A stretch of 64,000 nt of DNA from Paraspadella gotoi (lineage: Eukaryota > Animalia > Chaetognatha), in assembly GCA_051294375.1 (NCBI GenBank), contig CM119264.1:24974218-25038217 (forward strand), in the 5' to 3' direction. Both the position numbers and the translations under genes were made by a program. Below, piece by piece: positions 12,249 through 24,819 of the stretch. The number at the start of each line of letters is the position of its first letter. Within the stretch, counting starts at the first letter, position 1. Below the pieces are notes generated by a model. That model made no database searches, had not been told where the DNA came from, and saw only the letters and a list, made by a program, of their open reading frames with translations.

Positions 12249-12633
12249 TTCTCACTCCCTAGCTTCATTTTGGCTCGACTTTCTCACTCCCTCGCTTCAT
12301 TTTGGCGGGGCTTTCTCACTCCCTAGCTTCATTTTGGCTCGCCTTTCTCACTCCCTTGCTTCATTTTGGCTCGGCTTTCTCACTCCCTCGCTTCATTTTG
12401 GCGCAGCTTTCTTACTCCCTTGCTTCATTTTGGCTCGGCTTTCTCACTCCCTCGCTTCATTTTGGCGCGGTTTTCTCACTCCCTAGCTTCATTTTAGCGC
12501 GGCTTACTCATTCCCTCGCTTCATTTTGGTGCGGCTTTCCCACTCCCTAGCTTCATTTTTCCGCGGCTTCATCACCTTTTTTCATGGCTTTCTCACTCCA
12601 TCGCTTCATTTTTGTGCGGCTTTATCACTCCCC
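12249..12633. repeat. 32-bp minisatellite, ~12 copies
   Basis: Unit ttctcactccctcgcttcattttggctcggct; ctcactccc at 12251, 12283 and onward; ends just before an N gap. Confidence 0.95.
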
Positions 12634-14411
12634 AACTACCTTTTTTTNNNNNNNNNNNNNNNNNNNNNNNNNNNNNNNNNNNNNNNNNNNNNNNNNNNNN
12701 NNNNNNNNNNNNNNNNNNNNNNNNNNNNNNNNNNNNNNNNNNNNNNNNNNNNNNNNNNNNNNNNNNNNNNNNNNNNNNNNNNNNNNNNNNNNNNNNNNNN
12801 NNNNNNNNNNNNNNNNNNNNNNNNNNNNNNNNNNNNNNNNNNNNNNNNNNNNNNNNNNNNNNNNNNNNNNNNNNNNNNNNNNNNNNNNNNNNNNNNNNNN
12901 NNNNNNNNNNNNNNNNNNNNNNNNNNNNNNNNNNNNNNNNNNNNNNNNNNNNNNNNNNNNNNNNNNNNNNNNNNNNNNNNNNNNNNNNNNNNNNNNNNNN
13001 NNNNNNNNNNNNNNNNNNNNNNNNNNNNNNNNNNNNNCGCCCGCCAGCCCACGCAGTAATTCTTGATGAATGATTAGTAGACTTAGGCTTTTAATTCCCG
13101 ACTTTTCTTACTCTATCCAGCGAGATACACCCAACGCACACTATCACTCATCAAAAGAACAACAACAACTACGACGTCCTCCGTTCTACTCTTAACACTA
13201 AACGAGTTAACCCAGCTCTCCCCCCTCTATCTCCGCCTCCTCATCTTCATTCGCCTTATGCTACCATTNNNNNNNNNNNNNNNNNNNNNNNNNNNNNNNN
13301 NNNNNNNNNNNNNNNNNNNNNNNNNNNNNNNNNNNNNNNNNNNNNNNNNNNNNNNNNNNNNNNNNNNNNNNNNNNNNNNNNNNNNNNNNNNNNNNNNNNN
13401 NNNNNNNNNNNNNNNNNNNNNNNNNNNNNNNNNNNNNNNNNNNNNNNNNNNNNNNNNNNNNNNNNNNNNNNNNNNNNNNNNNNNNNNNNNNNNNNNNNNN
13501 NNNNNNNNNNNNNNNNNNNNNNNNTTTTTTTTTTTTTTCGCGAGCGAAATGAGGAATTCGTTGTGACTATGATTTTGGTATAGCCGATATAATAATTAGC
13601 TATTCATTCAATTAAAAAGCTACCTTGTCCCTTTACTTTGGTGTGTCAACGCCTCTATCTCTCTTACAAGATACTAACGTTACAAGACCCTGCATGTTTT
13701 CAATCAAGACTGTCTATGATCAAGGAAAACTACCTAATCGTATTTTAATTGCGTTCCTTAGCGATCTCGCACGAAGCGTCGGTGATCATGCAAGATCTTG
13801 AAGAATTGATTTCCCATGGGTCAATTAAACTTGTTTTGATCTAGCATGCCCCTGTCCTGCACGTAGTCATCTCAAAGGCGAGAGTCGATCTTACATGCAG
13901 CTGTTTTCCGCACGCGACAATCTCTAACACAGCGATCTCACACTCAGCGATCTCGCACTCGGCGATCACGCGCCAGCCTTGACTCGCGCGCGTCGGCCCC
14001 CGCGTCGCACGTGGGACGGGGAACGATCAAGGCGAAAGAAATGGGAACTCTCACTGAGTCGCCAAGCGCAGAGCAGAGAGAGCTCAGAGAGGTAGCACGA
14101 GCTGGAGAGAGGAAGATGAGAAGAGAGAGCACGAGCGAGGAGAGAGAGATGAGAAGAGAGAGAGGAGGAGAGAGAGAGAGAGGAGAGAGAGGATAAAATA
14201 ATCTAAAGGTTTTTTCCATTTACCTTATNNNNNNNNNNNNNNNNNNNNNNNNNNNNNNNNNNNNNNNNNNNNNNNNNTTTTTTTTTGCTGTGAAAACCGC
14301 GCATGCGCAGCTCAGCTGTGAGAAAGCAGTGGAATGTACAGTCGAGCGAGGAGAGAGGCCGACTCTGTATCGCGGTCGTTGCTCATCAGCTCAAGCGAGA
14401 CTGTATTTTGA

Positions 14412-14523
<112 letters not shown>

Positions 14524-14595
14524 ATGTCATTGAAACGGCTTTCAACTCTTCCCATTTCTTTTTTGTTTCGACATTTCTGCGATTTTTTTTTGTGT

Positions 14596-14722
14596 CGACG
14601 TCCTAAACGCACGCGTCGCTCGTTTCCATGGAGACAGGTGGCGCCAGGTGCGCGCGAATCCTCGATGGCTAAACAACCGACGGATGCAAAACTGGCATCT
14701 GGGGCGTCCTCGTCGTCGTCGA

Positions 14723-14753
<31 letters not shown>

Positions 14754-14860
14754 CTCGTCGTCGTCGTCGCCGCAACAAAAAAGAAAGAAAGAAAGAAGGA
14801 AAATTTGCTTAACTGAGCATCTTTTTTGTTTTCATTTTCGGGGTTAAACCGTCGAGGATG
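14596..14860 (+). pseudogene. Homeobox relic interrupted by a (TCG)n expansion
   Basis: RRPKRTRRSFPWRQV resembles the Vax/Emx/Lhx2-type N-terminal arm RPKRxRTSF..xQL; followed by KQPTDAKLA, a poly-Ser run, RKICLTE and frameshifted LNRR. Confidence 0.5.
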
Positions 14861-14877
14861 AGACCTTGTTTGGGCAT

Positions 14878-15045
14878 TCATAGAATTTTTAATGGGTTTT
14901 TTTTTTTGCCAAGAGTCATTAGAAAGGAGCCTCCGCCGCCGCGCCCCGCCTTTTGACTTTTCCCAACGATTTTTCCTCTTGGAACTTGTTTTTCCGGAAC
15001 AGTGAACCTCGAGTATTGAGCGGTGAACGTGAGGGGGGGACGTTG
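14878..15045 (-). pseudogene. ANTP/NK-like homeobox relic
   Basis: QRPPLTFTAQ..., frameshift, then NKFQEEKSLGKVKRRGAAAE with F20, K24, L26, R31 and A35 in exact homeodomain register; helix 3 degraded to PLKIL*. Confidence 0.55.
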
Positions 15046-18027
15046 TGAATGGTGAACGCCGAGGTCTCCCAGTGAAGTCGCCAGTCGGTAGAAAGATAGT
15101 TCTGCTTCACTGACGGGCAAAACTTTTTTTCGATACATTATTTTTCTTTTTCTCTTTTTAAAATAATTATGTGAATTAAGTTTGTTAGTGTCTTTCGGAA
15201 AGTAATTTTATTTTTTTTTTAGCAAAATGATTTGTGAATTCAATTTACATAATATTTACTGTTTCCCGTTTCATCTTTGGTTCGTCAACGCAGTAAATAC
15301 ATAAAAGTCACCTGACACAAAGTAATTCTCGCTCGATCCAATAACCTAATATTGACTTGGTACTTGGGAGGAAGACTTGAGAATCGCATTGACCAGGTTG
15401 TCGACCAGAACTACATTATCGTAGTCGTTGTTTCAGTCGAATGAGTTCCTTTCATGTTCGTTCGACGAGAATTGTAAAAACAAACAGATTGTGACTTGTG
15501 TAAAACAGAAAAGCGATTGCTGGCCGCGCTTAACCAAAGACAATCATTTTGCCTCTTCATTTTTTGCTTCTATCGCGTTGCGGAAAGTTCACACCGCCTA
15601 AGAGTATGACACCTTCGGTCATACCCAGGTGGCTCATTGAGTAAAGCCATCAGTTCTTGACCTTAAGTTACAGGGAATGATCTCCAAAGAAAGCGTGAGG
15701 ACAGCCTAGAAACCCCCATGCCTGCTTTCAAGACAAGGACCCGTTTCATTGCCTCTGAGAGATGGCTAAGAATTCATTAGCCGACTCAGCGCATTATCCA
15801 CAAGTTTTAAAAACAAATGTTTCATCGCCTGAGAATCAACTCATACTATGACTCATCTCATTCTTGTTTTAACTCAATGCGGAATCGGCTCCGCATCCGC
15901 GTCGCATCAACGCCGCAACCGCGCGACATCAGCGCCGCATCAGCGCCGCAGGAAGGGATTATCCGGGTCACGTGACTCCCAGGGATTAACTACGATTCTG
16001 AGGAGAAAAACGTCGTCTGTCAAAAAGAACCTCGTCATTGGATGGAGGGACGACGACGACGACGACGACGGCAATGACGATGACTGCGACGATGGAGATG
16101 ATCATCATCGTCATCGTCATCGTCATTGATCAAAATTGACGAAACGACGGGAGGGCGACAGCAGCAAAGAACCTTCTAATACAACAACAACAACAAATCG
16201 ACGACGACAACAACAATCGTGGTTATGTCGCGGGGATTAAAATGATGTCGTCCTCCTCCTCTCTCTCTTTCTCTCTCTCTCTCATCTCTCCTCTCATCAT
16301 CTCTCTCCTCACTCGTCTCTCTTCGTCTCTGGTCTGAACACGGAATCCTTCTTTTGACGCAAAACATGCGGAGGCACTCCCCGATTCCATCAGACCAATG
16401 AGGAAAAGTGCAGTAAAAGGAACATCATCTCTTCGGCCCGTTTGCTCTCTCTCCCTCTGCGTCTCCTCTCTCACTCTCTCTCGCCTCCTTCTCTCTCTCC
16501 TCTCTCCTCTCTCCTCAGATTCTCTCCTCCGTCTCGCTATCCCTCCTCTCTCTCCTCCTCTCTCTCTCTCCTCATCTCTCTGCCTCTCCTCCCTCTCTCT
16601 CTCTCTCTCCTCTCAGTAAAAACGATTGAAAGGACGACATACATTTATCCCCGCGACCATAACACGACGTGGTTGCTCGTCGTCAGATTTGTTGTTGTTG
16701 TTGTGTATTAGAAGCGTTCTTTGCTGCTGTCGCCCTCCCGTCGTTTCGTCATTTTGATCCAATGACGATGACGATGCACGAATGATGATCATCTCCAATC
16801 GTCTGCAGTCATCGTCATTGCTGTCGTCTGTCGGTCGTCGTTCGTCCCTTCATCCAATGCACGGTGTCCATTTCTTGACAGAGACGGACGTTTTTCTCCT
16901 CAAATCGTAGTTAATCTGGGCAGTCCACGTGACCCTGGATAAATCCCTTCCCTGCGGCTGCGCTTGATGCGCGGTCGTGATTGTCGCGCGGACGTTGCCG
17001 GCGGTATTGAGCGACCGGATGCGGAGCCGACATTCCGCGCATTTGAGTAAAACAAGAATGAGATGCAGTCATACGTATGAGTTGATTCTCCAGGCGATTG
17101 ACAACATGCTTTTTAAAAACCTTGTTGGATAATGCCTGAGTCCGGCTAATGTAATTGTTCTTCAGCCATCTCTCAGAGGCAATTGAAACGGTCCTTGTCT
17201 TTTGAAAGCAGCGCATGGGCGGTTTTCTAGGCTGTCCTCACACGCTTTCTTTTGGAGACAATTCCCTGTAACTTAAGGTCAAAACGAATCGGCTTTAGCT
17301 CAATGAGCCACCATCGGGTATGACGAAGTGTGTCTACTCCTTAGGCGGTCGTTGAACTTTTCTCGCAGACGCGATTAGAAGCAAAAATGGATAGAGGCAA
17401 AATGATTGTCTTGGCTTAAGCGCGGCCAGCAATGCTTTTCCTGTTTTACACAAAGTCACAATCTTGTTTTTACAACTTATCGTCGAACGAACATGAAAGG
17501 AAACTCATTTCGACTGAAACAACGACTACGATAATGTAGTTCTGGTCGACAACCTGGTCAATTGCGATTCTCCCAAGTCTTGCCTCCCAAGTACCAAAGT
17601 CAATTTAGAGTTATTGGATTTTCGCAGCGAGAATTATACTTTGTGGTCAGAGTGACTTTTTATGTATTTACTTTACTGCGTTGACGAACCAAATAGAATG
17701 ACAACGGGAACAGTAAATATTAGTAATTGAATTCACAAATCCCCATTTTTGCTAAAAAAAAAATAAAAATTACTGTTCCGAAAGGACAACTAACAAACTT
17801 AATTCACACTTAATTATTTTAAAAAGAGAAAAAGAAAAAATAATGTATCGAAAAAAGTTTTGCCCGTCGTGAAGCAAGAACTATCTTTTCTAACGACGGC
17901 GACTCACTGGGAGGACCTCGCGCGTTCACGCATTCACAAACGTCCCCCCTCACGTTCACCGCGTCAAATTACTCGACGGTTCAAACAGTTTCCGGCGGAA
18001 AACAAGTTCCCAAGAGGAAAAAATCGT
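14966..18027. repeat. ~1.3-kb inverted duplication (fold-back), probably a read or assembly artefact
   Basis: 14966-16254 is the reverse complement of 16631-18027 with many 1-2 nt indels; ends at a 25-N gap; the spacer segment ~16360-16628 reappears at 18053-18270. Confidence 0.9.
15585..15790 (+). mobile_element. SINE-like repeat with tRNA-like region (family A), diverged copy; mirror copy at ~17150-17360
   Basis: ggtggctcattgagtaaagccatcag (A-box-like)...gaaagcgtgaggacagcc...aggacccgt matches the minus strand of 57900-58110. Confidence 0.6.
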
Positions 18028-19910
18028 NNNNNNNNNNNNNNNNNNNNNNNNNACCGCCAAGAACCCCATGCCGATTGGCACTCGGCCCCGAGTTACCATC
18101 AGACCCCAAGAGGAAAAGTGACAGTAGAACACTGCATCTACTCTTCAGCCCCCTTGTGCTCTCTCTCTCTCTCTCTCTCTCTCTCCTCCTCTCTCTCTCT
18201 CTCTCACTCTACTCTGCCTCTCTCTCTCCTCTCTCTTCTTCTCTCTATCTCCTGCTCAGTAAAAACGATTAGAGAGAGAGAGAGAGAGAGAGATAAAAAA
18301 GTGATAAGCGTTTTTTTTTCGTATTCATTGTTATTCATTGTATTCACCGCTTTTTTTTCCTCCTTTTCACATTTTCGATTATTTATTCTTCGTTGTCTCG
18401 TCACTGGATGAAGTTGAAAGCGTCGAGTTGACAATCTCATTGGCGGAAGGAGAAAGTGAACCTCGCTGCAGCCGGCGCTGCAGTCTCAGCCGCTGCCGCA
18501 GCTCCTGCAGCGTGGACGCCAAATTGAATTAAATTTGTGGAATATGATAGCGACAGGAAAGGTGGCCAAATGCAGCGTGTCAAGGGTAGTTTCTTGCTTA
18601 CCGTTACACAATCAATATGTAGTTTTTTGAATCATTGGTTTAAATCTTCCATTGGACGTGCTTGCTTAAGGATTCAGTCTCATCTACAGAGAAATTCCAA
18701 GTCTTAAGTCTGTTAATACAAAATATGCGTGCGGTCATATGCAAAATATCTTTCCAGTGTGGAGTCATGTGCGCTTTTTTTTTCACTCCGATTCTCCTTT
18801 TTTTTCCTTCCCATTTTTTTTATGACTTTATGCCTTCAATAGGAGGAAACTCCCGCCCCAAAAATCTAGTTTCCGACGTCGATGCCGAGAATTTACTTTA
18901 TTCTTTCTTTTTCTTCCTTTTTTATTTAATCCTTTTTTTTTTCCTTTTTGATGTCTTCCTCTTCTTTATTTTAATTTTCTTCTTTTTTCATTGCATTTTT
19001 TTTATGTTCTTCGTTTTCAAAAGCACTGTTTAATAAATAAGTCCTTTTTTAAAAATACATTTCCGCCTTGAGGATTTTCCCTTTTTTCTCAATTCTCATC
19101 CTTTTTTATTATTTAGAATTAGATAATTTTTATTCTTTTTCCTTTCATTTCATTTCCTTTTTAACGTTCCTTTTCCTTTTTTTTCGATGCTCTGTTTTTC
19201 TTCCTTTTCCATTTTTCATTTGTTAACCTTATTTTCAAATTTTTCTTCATTTTCCTTTTATTCAACGCTCATTTTTCGCTCCTTTTCCTTATATTCGATG
19301 CCCTTTTCCCCTTCCTTTTCCTTTTTTTTTTCTTCCCCGACTTCCGGTGTTTGTGCCTCTTTGGCCTCACGACGAAGATCGCGGCTGAGAATTCTCCTCA
19401 TGTACTTCTCGAGTGAATAGAGCATAAAAAGGAAAAAAGTTTTTAAAAAAAATGAAGATAAGTAAAAGAGAAAAGTCGAATATGGGCAAAAGTTTAAAAA
19501 AGATAGAAATTTAAAAAAATAGAAGTTACAAATAGAAAAAACTAGAAAAAAAAATAGAAAAATAAAGATGAATAAAAAAAAGACATGTAAATATTTATGA
19601 AAAGAAGTTAGAAAAAAAATTCAAAAATTTACACGTAGAAGAAAAAGTTAAAACAATTTTCAAAATATATTAATTATAAATAAAGTTTTAAAAATGTAAA
19701 AGGGATCTAAACAACGTTTTTAGCAAATTAAGTATGTGTAGAAATTTGTTCACGAAAGTAAAAAGAGAACGCTTGTATTGGCGCTCGCGGTGCGCAACGC
19801 GAGCGTCGCCGTACGGGCAGGACGGTTCGACGTCCGACGGCAGAGATTTCGACATCCGAGTCCCAAGTTTCCCGATTTTCGACGGGACGTCGCGACGACG
19901 ACGATTAATA

Positions 19911-20144
19911 CGAAGAAGAAAACGAATATCTGGCTTATTTTTAACGTTTGAAATTGAGGAAAAGTCCGCGACGTCGAACGTTTTCACGTTGATTTAAGTC
20001 GTTTATTAAACTGTTTTTAAGTGGATTTTAACGTGTTGTTTATTGTGACAAACAATTGAAACTATTTTATTCCTCGTCTCCATCTATCTTGAAAGATATA
20101 AACATTTAAAACATCGTTGGTTTCTAGATCGTCGTCTACGAGAA
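19911..20144 (+). pseudogene. Divergent homeobox relic
   Basis: RRRKRISGLFLTFEIEEK (arm-like) and YKHLKHRWFLDRRLRE (WFxxRR of helix 3); a more decayed homologous segment lies at ~10580-10870. Confidence 0.45.
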
Positions 20145-20520
20145 AGTCAGTCAAAATAGACAATTTTGATATTAATCCGAGGCAGCTCAAACAACGAAGT
20201 TATGACAAACAATGAAAAGGTAATATATTTAAAAAAATAAAGCGTCGTAAATAAGTGGAAACAAAAACTGCCTCAGGGAAAAAAAGTCCAGGAAAGAATA
20301 CGAGCGTAGTTTTTTTTTTCTTTTTTTCTAAGCTTCAGAAAAAAAGAGAAGCAAAACACGAAGGAAACAGATAGAAAAAAAAAAGACGAAACAGAAAACG
20401 CGTCGCAAAAAAAGGAAAAAAAAATTTTCCCAAGAAATATTTGTTATGCAATGAGACGATGATGTTAAATGGGGCGGAAAAGTATTCAAAGGCCTCAAAC
20501 CACAGTCGCTCTTTGATAAT

Positions 20521-20580
20521 CCTTCGGGTTTAAGGAAACGAAAACTCGGGATGTGATGGACAAAACAACGACGACGACGG
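20521..20580 (+). pseudogene. Homeobox helix-3 relic
   Basis: SGLRKRKLGM*WTKQRRRR: G39, L40, L45, W48 mutated to TGA, aromatic 49, R53 and R55 in register. Confidence 0.35.
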
Positions 20581-21102
20581 CAGGTTCTACAGCACCCGAT
20601 ACAGCAACAACATCAACTTCTTATTCAACAATATTTTAAGATATATCTTAGTGGCAGGGTATGAACTATAAATACTTAAAAAAAATTATATGAAATATTA
20701 ACACGAGTTCCTCATCAAGTTTCAAATCGAATTCATTTAGACTCAGACTCAGACTCAAAGAAAATGTGGAAGAAGTATTACAAAGTTTGGATCTAACAAT
20801 GTCAAACCAAAGAAATGAGGAAAAATTGAAAAATGATTAAGGCTTTGCTTTCAAAACACAAGATTCAAGAAAAGTTCTGCTTTTTTATCACTAAACGAAT
20901 CCAGGAGTTTTTTTTTTTCAAGCAAAAATTTCCACAAATAAAAAGCAAAATAAAAACAAGAAAAGCGAGAAAAACAGAGAAGAGAAAATAGGCTCAACTT
21001 TTTTCTCTAAACTTAAATTTTTGTTTTATTTTTTCAAGTTAGAGAAAAAATCTAAGAAAATGAACAGAAGTTGAACGATTCGAAGGAATCAAAGCTCAAG
21101 AG

Positions 21103-21150
<48 letters not shown>

Positions 21151-21210
21151 CGATGTTGATGATGATGATGATGATGATGATGATAATGATGATATTCATA
21201 ATGATGATGA
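21103..21210. repeat. (GAT)n microsatellite
   Basis: Long near-perfect trinucleotide run. Confidence 0.95.
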
Positions 21211-21991
21211 TTGTGTTGGTTACGACGTTTATGGTGATGCCAAGGGTTGTAGAGAGAGAGAGAGAGTGTGAGTAACGGAAGCGGAAGCGAATAATAATGG
21301 AAAGCGGAATCATTTTGGAATAAACCATTAAATTCATCCGGGGCCAAATGGTTGTTTTCCTTTTTTCTATCTTCTGAATTAATTTATATAATTTATTAGA
21401 AAAAATATATATATGAAATTCTAATCAAACGTTGAAATTAAATAGCAATCCTTCCTCTCAGTTGTAAGAATGTAAATACAATTCCCTATAATGAGCATAT
21501 TTTATGAAAAAAATATTTTTACTGAGTCTGATACAGAATAGAAAGAAGCTGTAACAAAAAGAAAATGCCGTCAGGATGGGAAATACAGAAGACGAACCAG
21601 CAGTAAAAGTCTGAAGCCAAACAGAAGCCAATGAACTCATAAAAGTCTCCAAAGAGGGAGGGGATGGAATATGATAATAAAAATCATTATATTTAAATCT
21701 CACGCAAAAACAAAAAAATCTGCCAATCATTTTTAGTACAATTTGGTATTTTTTAATAAATCAAAATACTCAAATTTTATTTAATTTCATGTAGAGATGA
21801 AAGTGAAATATGTGAAAAACAAGTGAAAAAATTATAATATAAAATTTATTTACATCAAATATTTTGTAAAATATGGAAAAAGACTTGGTTGCCCAAATGG
21901 GTGGAAGCGCGGATGGAAAGAAGATAAAAAAATATATGGAGTAGGTACAAAAAAAGGATGAGAGAGTACTTTTTCAATCTACTTGACTCCC

Positions 21992-22065
<74 letters not shown>

Positions 22066-22204
22066 TCCTTCCTCTTTCCTTTAGCTGTGATTCTTTTTTT
22101 TGTGTGCTTGAGAATGGAAAAAAAGGAAATAAAAAATACGCGAAAGAAAACTGAAAAAATAAATGGGGAGAAAAAGAAAAAAAAAAAAAAAGTAAAAAAA
22201 GTCT

Positions 22205-22338
22205 GAGCGGAAGCAGAGAAAACATAGAATCCCTTTTTCGACCTCAATTTCTATGCGTTTGGAAGAATGACTGAAGAAATCACGGGGCTTAAAGTTTGGT
22301 TTTCAAATCGAGTGGGGCAATGGAGGGAAAAAGAATAG
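22205..22338 (+). pseudogene. Paired-class (S50, Pax-like) homeobox pseudogene with internal deletion
   Basis: ERKQRKHRIPFSTSISMRLEE*, then frameshifted EEITGLKVWFSNRVGQWREKE*; compare Pax RKQRRSRTTF...QVWFSNRRAKWRR. Confidence 0.75.
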
Positions 22339-22435
22339 AAAATAAAAAAGAAGAAAAAAGGAAAGCAACAATGAAAATGCTCGGAATACTAGCCAGCTGA
22401 AGAAAGAGAAAAAGATATAAAGAGAGAAAAAAAAA

Positions 22436-22445
22436 TAAAATAAAA

Positions 22446-22492
<47 letters not shown>

Positions 22493-22497
22493 ATATA

Positions 22498-22568
<71 letters not shown>

Positions 22569-22570
22569 AT
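22436..22570. repeat. (AAAT)n microsatellite
   Basis: Long tetranucleotide run. Confidence 0.95.
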
Positions 22571-22825
22571 AGTAGCGACTTCTTAGGCCAGGAAGTTTTT
22601 CTGAGGAAACGCTAATTCTATTAAAACACTTGAAAATCTATATTCTGTAAGATCTAAATCAGCATTCCTACTGGCTACTGTAGTTAGTTTTTAAGAAAAA
22701 TATTGTTAATGTGAACATTGATTTATACTGCTAAACCTTAAGTTGGTGTGAAACTGACGATTTAAAAAGAAACTAAGTGAAGAAAAAACGCTAAAACAAA
22801 AGGCACATGAGTAATAAACTTCGAT

Positions 22826-22870
<45 letters not shown>

Positions 22871-23015
22871 TGAGAGGAGAGAGGGAGGTAAATTAGGAAG
22901 GAGCGCATTCGAGTTAAGGAAAGCGAGTGAGAATCACCGGAAATGACTAGAAGGAGTGGACGAGCGATGAGCGAGCGCGTTAATGACCTTCCGCTGGAAG
23001 AGAGAGAGAGAGGAG

Positions 23016-23089
<74 letters not shown>

Positions 23090-23645
23090 TTGACAGAGCG
23101 TCAAACGAACCATCGGTGGCGGAAGTATGAGAAAATGAGAAGAGTAAAATCTTTTGAAAAGAGATAGAAGAAAAGAGAAGAAAGGAAAAGGAGAAAAAAA
23201 GAGAGAAGGAAAAGCATCGAATAAAGAAAAGAATAGGGAGGAAAACAAAGCAGGGACGAATATTCAAATGAAAAGGAAAATAACAAAAGAATAAGAAAAA
23301 AAAGAATGGAAAAACATAAAGGGGAAAGAATAAGGAATAGAAAGAAAAAAAGGTACAAAGAATGTAAGAAACGTAAGCAAGGAAAGAAATAAAAGAAAGG
23401 AAAGAAAGAAAAGCAAAGAAAGGAAGGAAAGAAAAGGAAGGAAAGGAGAGGAAGGAAAAAAAATTAAAGGAAGGAATAAAAGGAAAGGAAAGAAATAAAA
23501 AAAAAATAAAAGAAAGGAAGGAAACAATAGAGAGGAAAGTAAGGAAAGAAAAAAATTAAAGGAAGGAAAGAAAAGAAAAGAAAGGAAAGGAAGTAAAGAA
23601 AAGAAAGGAAAGGGTTTAAAATCGTGGAGGTTTTCTTCTTGAGCG

Positions 23646-23684
23646 GAAGTTTGTTTCCGAAGCGGAAAAGAAAAATGGCGGAGG
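23646..23684 (+). pseudogene. Paired-class homeobox helix-3 relic
   Basis: EVCFRSGKEKWRR versus QVWFQNRRAKWRR: V47, W48 to TGT, F49, K55, W56, R57, R58. Confidence 0.4.
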
Positions 23685-24060
23685 ATCAAAAGATCCCGAC
23701 GGTGGTGGAGGAAAGCCGGTGGGGTGGGGTGGGTGGATGAGTAAGTAATGGTGAGGAAGGTGGATTGGAGGGTGGCTTCCTTTCGGATAAAGGATGGATT
23801 GATCCCGGGAGTTGGTTGAGCCGAGTGGATGATGAATGAAAATACCAGGAGGCGCGGTCAGTTGAGCAGCGAAGTATCGAACAGAGAAGTATGGTCTTGA
23901 TGGAATAAAATTTAGACGAGCAGAATGCGTAGGAAATTTGCAAAAGACGGTGGGTGTGGGTTTTGGGTTTGGGAGATGGAACGGGTGAAGGAGGAGAGAG
24001 ACTGAGTGGAGGCGAAGATAGAGAAGGAGTGGAAAAAGAAGGCGGAAGATGAAGCAAAAA

Positions 24061-24242
24061 CCGCCGCTTCATAATTTGACTGAGAAAAACAAAAGGGAAA
24101 GAGATTTACGGCGGCGGCAGGAGCGTTGGCGTCGCCGGTGGCGATCGCGGCGGTCGCGGGGGCTGCGGCGGCGGCGGCGGCGGCGGCGGCTGCTCTGATG
24201 GCAAATATAATGACTCCAAGGATTCGTAAAGTTTTCTTGGTT
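24061..24242 (+). pseudogene. bHLH-like relic (Myc/Mad-type basic region) split by (GCG)n
   Basis: PPLHNLTEKNKRERDLRRRQERWR resembles HNxLEKxRR; after the GCG run, TPRIRKVFLV resembles the loop/helix-2 KVxIL motif. Confidence 0.35.
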
Positions 24243-24471
24243 GGTTTTTTGTCGGTGAATGATCACTGCTTGGTTTTTCCCATTAACTATTTTTTTTTGC
24301 GCAGTGAAGTGGATAAACTGCTTGGATTTCGCATTTCTTACTTTGTTTATTATTCAAAATCTTACTTTCTATGTATAATTAAGCTGTTCTCAATATTGAT
24401 ATTTTTATTTGCTTGGTTGTCTTTAAAAGGGTGAGTTGAGCAGACGAAAATAGACTTTGAAGGTGGGTAGG

Positions 24472-24526
<55 letters not shown>

Positions 24527-24819
24527 AAGAGAGAAAGAGAGAAAGGAAGATTCTTTGACCCGAAAATTTGCTGAAGTCAACGAAAAAAATAGTGATTTTG
24601 TCATTTGATTCTCTTGGGATGAAAACGTGTAACCGACGCCAGAATCTCGCCTCTTGGGCAGATTTTTTTTTTCGGGCGAATGTTCGCCTCTTCAGCAGCA
24701 TTTATTTGGTATTTTAAAAGACAAAAGACTATTTATTATTTTATATTTTTATAAGACATGATAGTAGAACCTTTAGAAAATTCTGAGATTATTATGTGAA
24801 AGGATCATTCGCTGAAGCT

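Noticed and set aside
12249-12633. 32-bp repeats as a CRISPR array
   Set aside because: Units are head-to-tail with no unique spacers, there are no cas genes, and the context is eukaryotic.
11541-13566. ORFs spanning N runs
   Set aside because: Artefacts of translating gaps.
21071-21347. Poly-Asp, poly-His and poly-Ile ORFs
   Set aside because: Translations of a (GAT)n microsatellite.
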